DNA from: a virus
Lineage: Duplodnaviria > Caudoviricetes
Reading direction: 5' to 3' (one strand)
IMG/VR virus record: IMGVR_UViG_3300036886_000048
Span: 1 to 57,034 of that record
Length of the DNA stretch: 57,034 nucleotides
Position numbers and translations under genes: made by a program. Numbering within the stretch: the first letter of the stretch is position 1; each line of letters opens with the position of its first letter. A model generated the notes under the pieces. It did no database searches. It saw nothing but the letters and a program-made list of their open reading frames with translations, and was not told the origin of the DNA. Shown one piece after another: positions 55,744 to 57,034 of this stretch.

Positions 55744-56025
55744 ATGTCCGATAACATAGTACGTCCTTCTCGACAAGATTATTTGAACGGCATAGTGGCT
55801 CAATCCGAATATTATCAGGGAGTTGCGGCTGATGTTGGGTTTGAAAACGACTTTTTGCAGAGACTTCGAGGAATGGTAAAAAAACAAACTTCTATGAAGT
55901 TGTGGGACGAACTGGCGAACGCTAACGGAAGTAAAATAGGTAAAGCTCTGGAGTTGCACGGGGATCACTTCTCTGTATCGGCTGGTTCAAAGGTTTTGAT
56001 TGCCGCTGCCAACTTGCCCTTTTAA
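55744..56025 (+). CDS. early hypothetical protein
   Basis: GGAGGT RBS. Confidence 0.7.
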   Translation: MSDNIVRPSRQDYLNGIVAQSEYYQGVAADVGFENDFLQRLRGMVKKQTSMKLWDELANANGSKIGKALELHGDHFSVSAGSKVLIAAANLPF

Positions 56026-56033
56026 AATTTGAC

Positions 56034-56061
56034 TTGACATTTACGGTTATTCGTGTATGAT
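56034..56061 (+). promoter_or_regulatory. sigma70-type promoter
   Basis: TTGACA-16-TATGAT, then ACTTTCAAACAGGAGG. Confidence 0.7.
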
Positions 56062-56088
56062 TAGCTTACTTTCAAACAGGAGGCTACC

Positions 56089-56280
56089 ATGAAAAACCAT
56101 ACACCAGTTGAGCGTACTGGCCCGACGACCAACGGACAAACCAAGTTAGGCGAAAACATTGCGACTGTCTTGGGATTGCGTACCAATGAATTCGGCAGGT
56201 ATAATACAACCGTTGGCGACAAAACGGCACTCGGCCTGTACCTGACAATCAGGCGGATCGTGGAGGGGGAAACATTATGA
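56089..56280 (+). CDS. early hypothetical protein
   Basis: Strong RBS; GRY.T..GDKTALGL. Confidence 0.7.
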   Translation: MKNHTPVERTGPTTNGQTKLGENIATVLGLRTNEFGRYNTTVGDKTALGLYLTIRRIVEGETL

Positions 56281-56504
56281 AACCCTCTATTTTAAAGTTC
56301 AGTCTCAGTGCAGATGATGGAACCTACATTTCAGCTTTTCGGCCTTATGACTGCTTGACCAGTTTAAAAGTGACAGTTGGAGATATTAAAACCACGACCA
56401 CTAAGACGACAGGGTTTGTTGAAGTCACACTTAGCAGGTCGCTGACATTGAAAGAACTGGTAGCAGTATCTCAGGAGTGCAAGCAAAAGGTAGTTCAATC
56501 GTGA
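56277..56504 (+). CDS. hypothetical protein
   Basis: GGAGG RBS; ATGA overlap. Confidence 0.6.
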   Translation: MKPSILKFSLSADDGTYISAFRPYDCLTSLKVTVGDIKTTTTKTTGFVEVTLSRSLTLKELVAVSQECKQKVVQS

Positions 56505-56652
56505 CTGCTCTGGACGTAATGATTGCGATAGCTTACCGGGTAGTGGTAGACTTGCCTGATTGTGAACTGCGCCGGGAACTACTCCAGTATGCCCACAGAC
56601 GCCTGATGCAAAGAAAGACCGAAGAACTTTCTAACCGATTTAGGAGAACGTA

Positions 56653-57034
56653 ATGAAGAAATCGCTGACACAACTCGGAAAAACTGGTTTATACTATATC
56701 TTTGATGGAAATAAAATTTTCGGATCACATAGAGGCTTGCGCGGTGACGTAACATACTTGAGCGGTGACGTAACACACTTGCGCGGTGACGTAACAGGCT
56801 TGCGCGGTGACGTAACAGGCTTGATCGGTGACGTAACACACTTGATCGGTGACGTAACGTACTTGAGCGGTGACGTAACATACTTGAGCGGTAACGTAAC
56901 ACACTTGATCGGTGACATAACATACTTGATCGGTGACGCAACGTACTTGAGCGGTAACGTAACACACTTGATCGGTGACGTAACACACTTGATCGGTGAC
57001 GTAACATACTTGAGCGGTGACGTAACATACTTGC
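56653..57034 (+). CDS. N-terminal part of heptad-repeat (GDVTxLx) protein; runs off the window end
   Basis: AGGAGA RBS then ATG at 56653 (MKKSLTQLGKTGLYYIFDGNKIFGSHRGLRGDVTYLSGDVTHL...). No stop before the end, so absent from the ORF track. Confidence 0.85.
   Translation, partial: MKKSLTQLGKTGLYYIFDGNKIFGSHRGLRGDVTYLSGDVTHLRGDVTGLRGDVTGLIGDVTHLIGDVTYLSGDVTYLSGNVTHLIGDITYLIGDATYLSGNVTHLIGDVTHLIGDVTYLSGDVTYL
56734..57034 (+). repeat. 21-bp coding tandem repeat (about 14 units)
   Basis: Same unit as at the window start; implies a circular or permuted genome broken within the array. Confidence 0.97.

Noticed and set aside
56579-57028. Minus-strand repeat ORFs
   Set aside because: Shadow frames of the plus-strand repeat gene, which has the RBS and the orientation of its neighbours.
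56734-57034. CRISPR array
   Set aside because: Contiguous 21-bp units without unique spacers, in-frame coding, and no cas genes.
1-57034. Prophage/temperate lifestyle or alternative genetic code
   Set aside because: No integrase, repressor, partition or host flanking genes recognised; long genes are intact in the standard code.

Overview
The window is a near-complete ~57 kb tailed-phage genome with podovirus-like head/tail genes: P22-type portal, N4-gp56/DUF4043-like capsid, gp10-like tail protein and ejection proteins. It is broken inside a 21-bp coding tandem repeat that appears at both ends. I see no integrase, repressor or RNA polymerase; transcription signals are near-consensus host sigma70 promoters. 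The SSB and attC-like sites resemble betaproteobacterial ones (inference). Modules: early/accessory genes (54.6 kb through the end and on to 4.3 kb), virion genes (4.5-37.3 kb), a leftward PolB/recombination operon (37.7-42 kb), a non-coding RNA cluster with tRNA-Met(CAT) and an AT-rich putative origin (42.1-42.85 kb), then helicase/primase, terminase and nin-like genes. Most interesting: (1) an integrase-less run of integron attC-like sites partitioning early genes into cassettes, antisense to the genes; (2) a primase whose TOPRIM motifs are in swapped order, with two in-frame blocks each bounded by GA; (3) a 3114-aa putative injected protein carrying GGDEF, zincin, ART-like and SAM-lyase-like domains, the last also present as a stand-alone early gene; (4) several orphan structured RNAs, one with a 13-nt perfect complement to the 16S rRNA 3' end. 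All calls come from reading motifs by eye; no searches were run.
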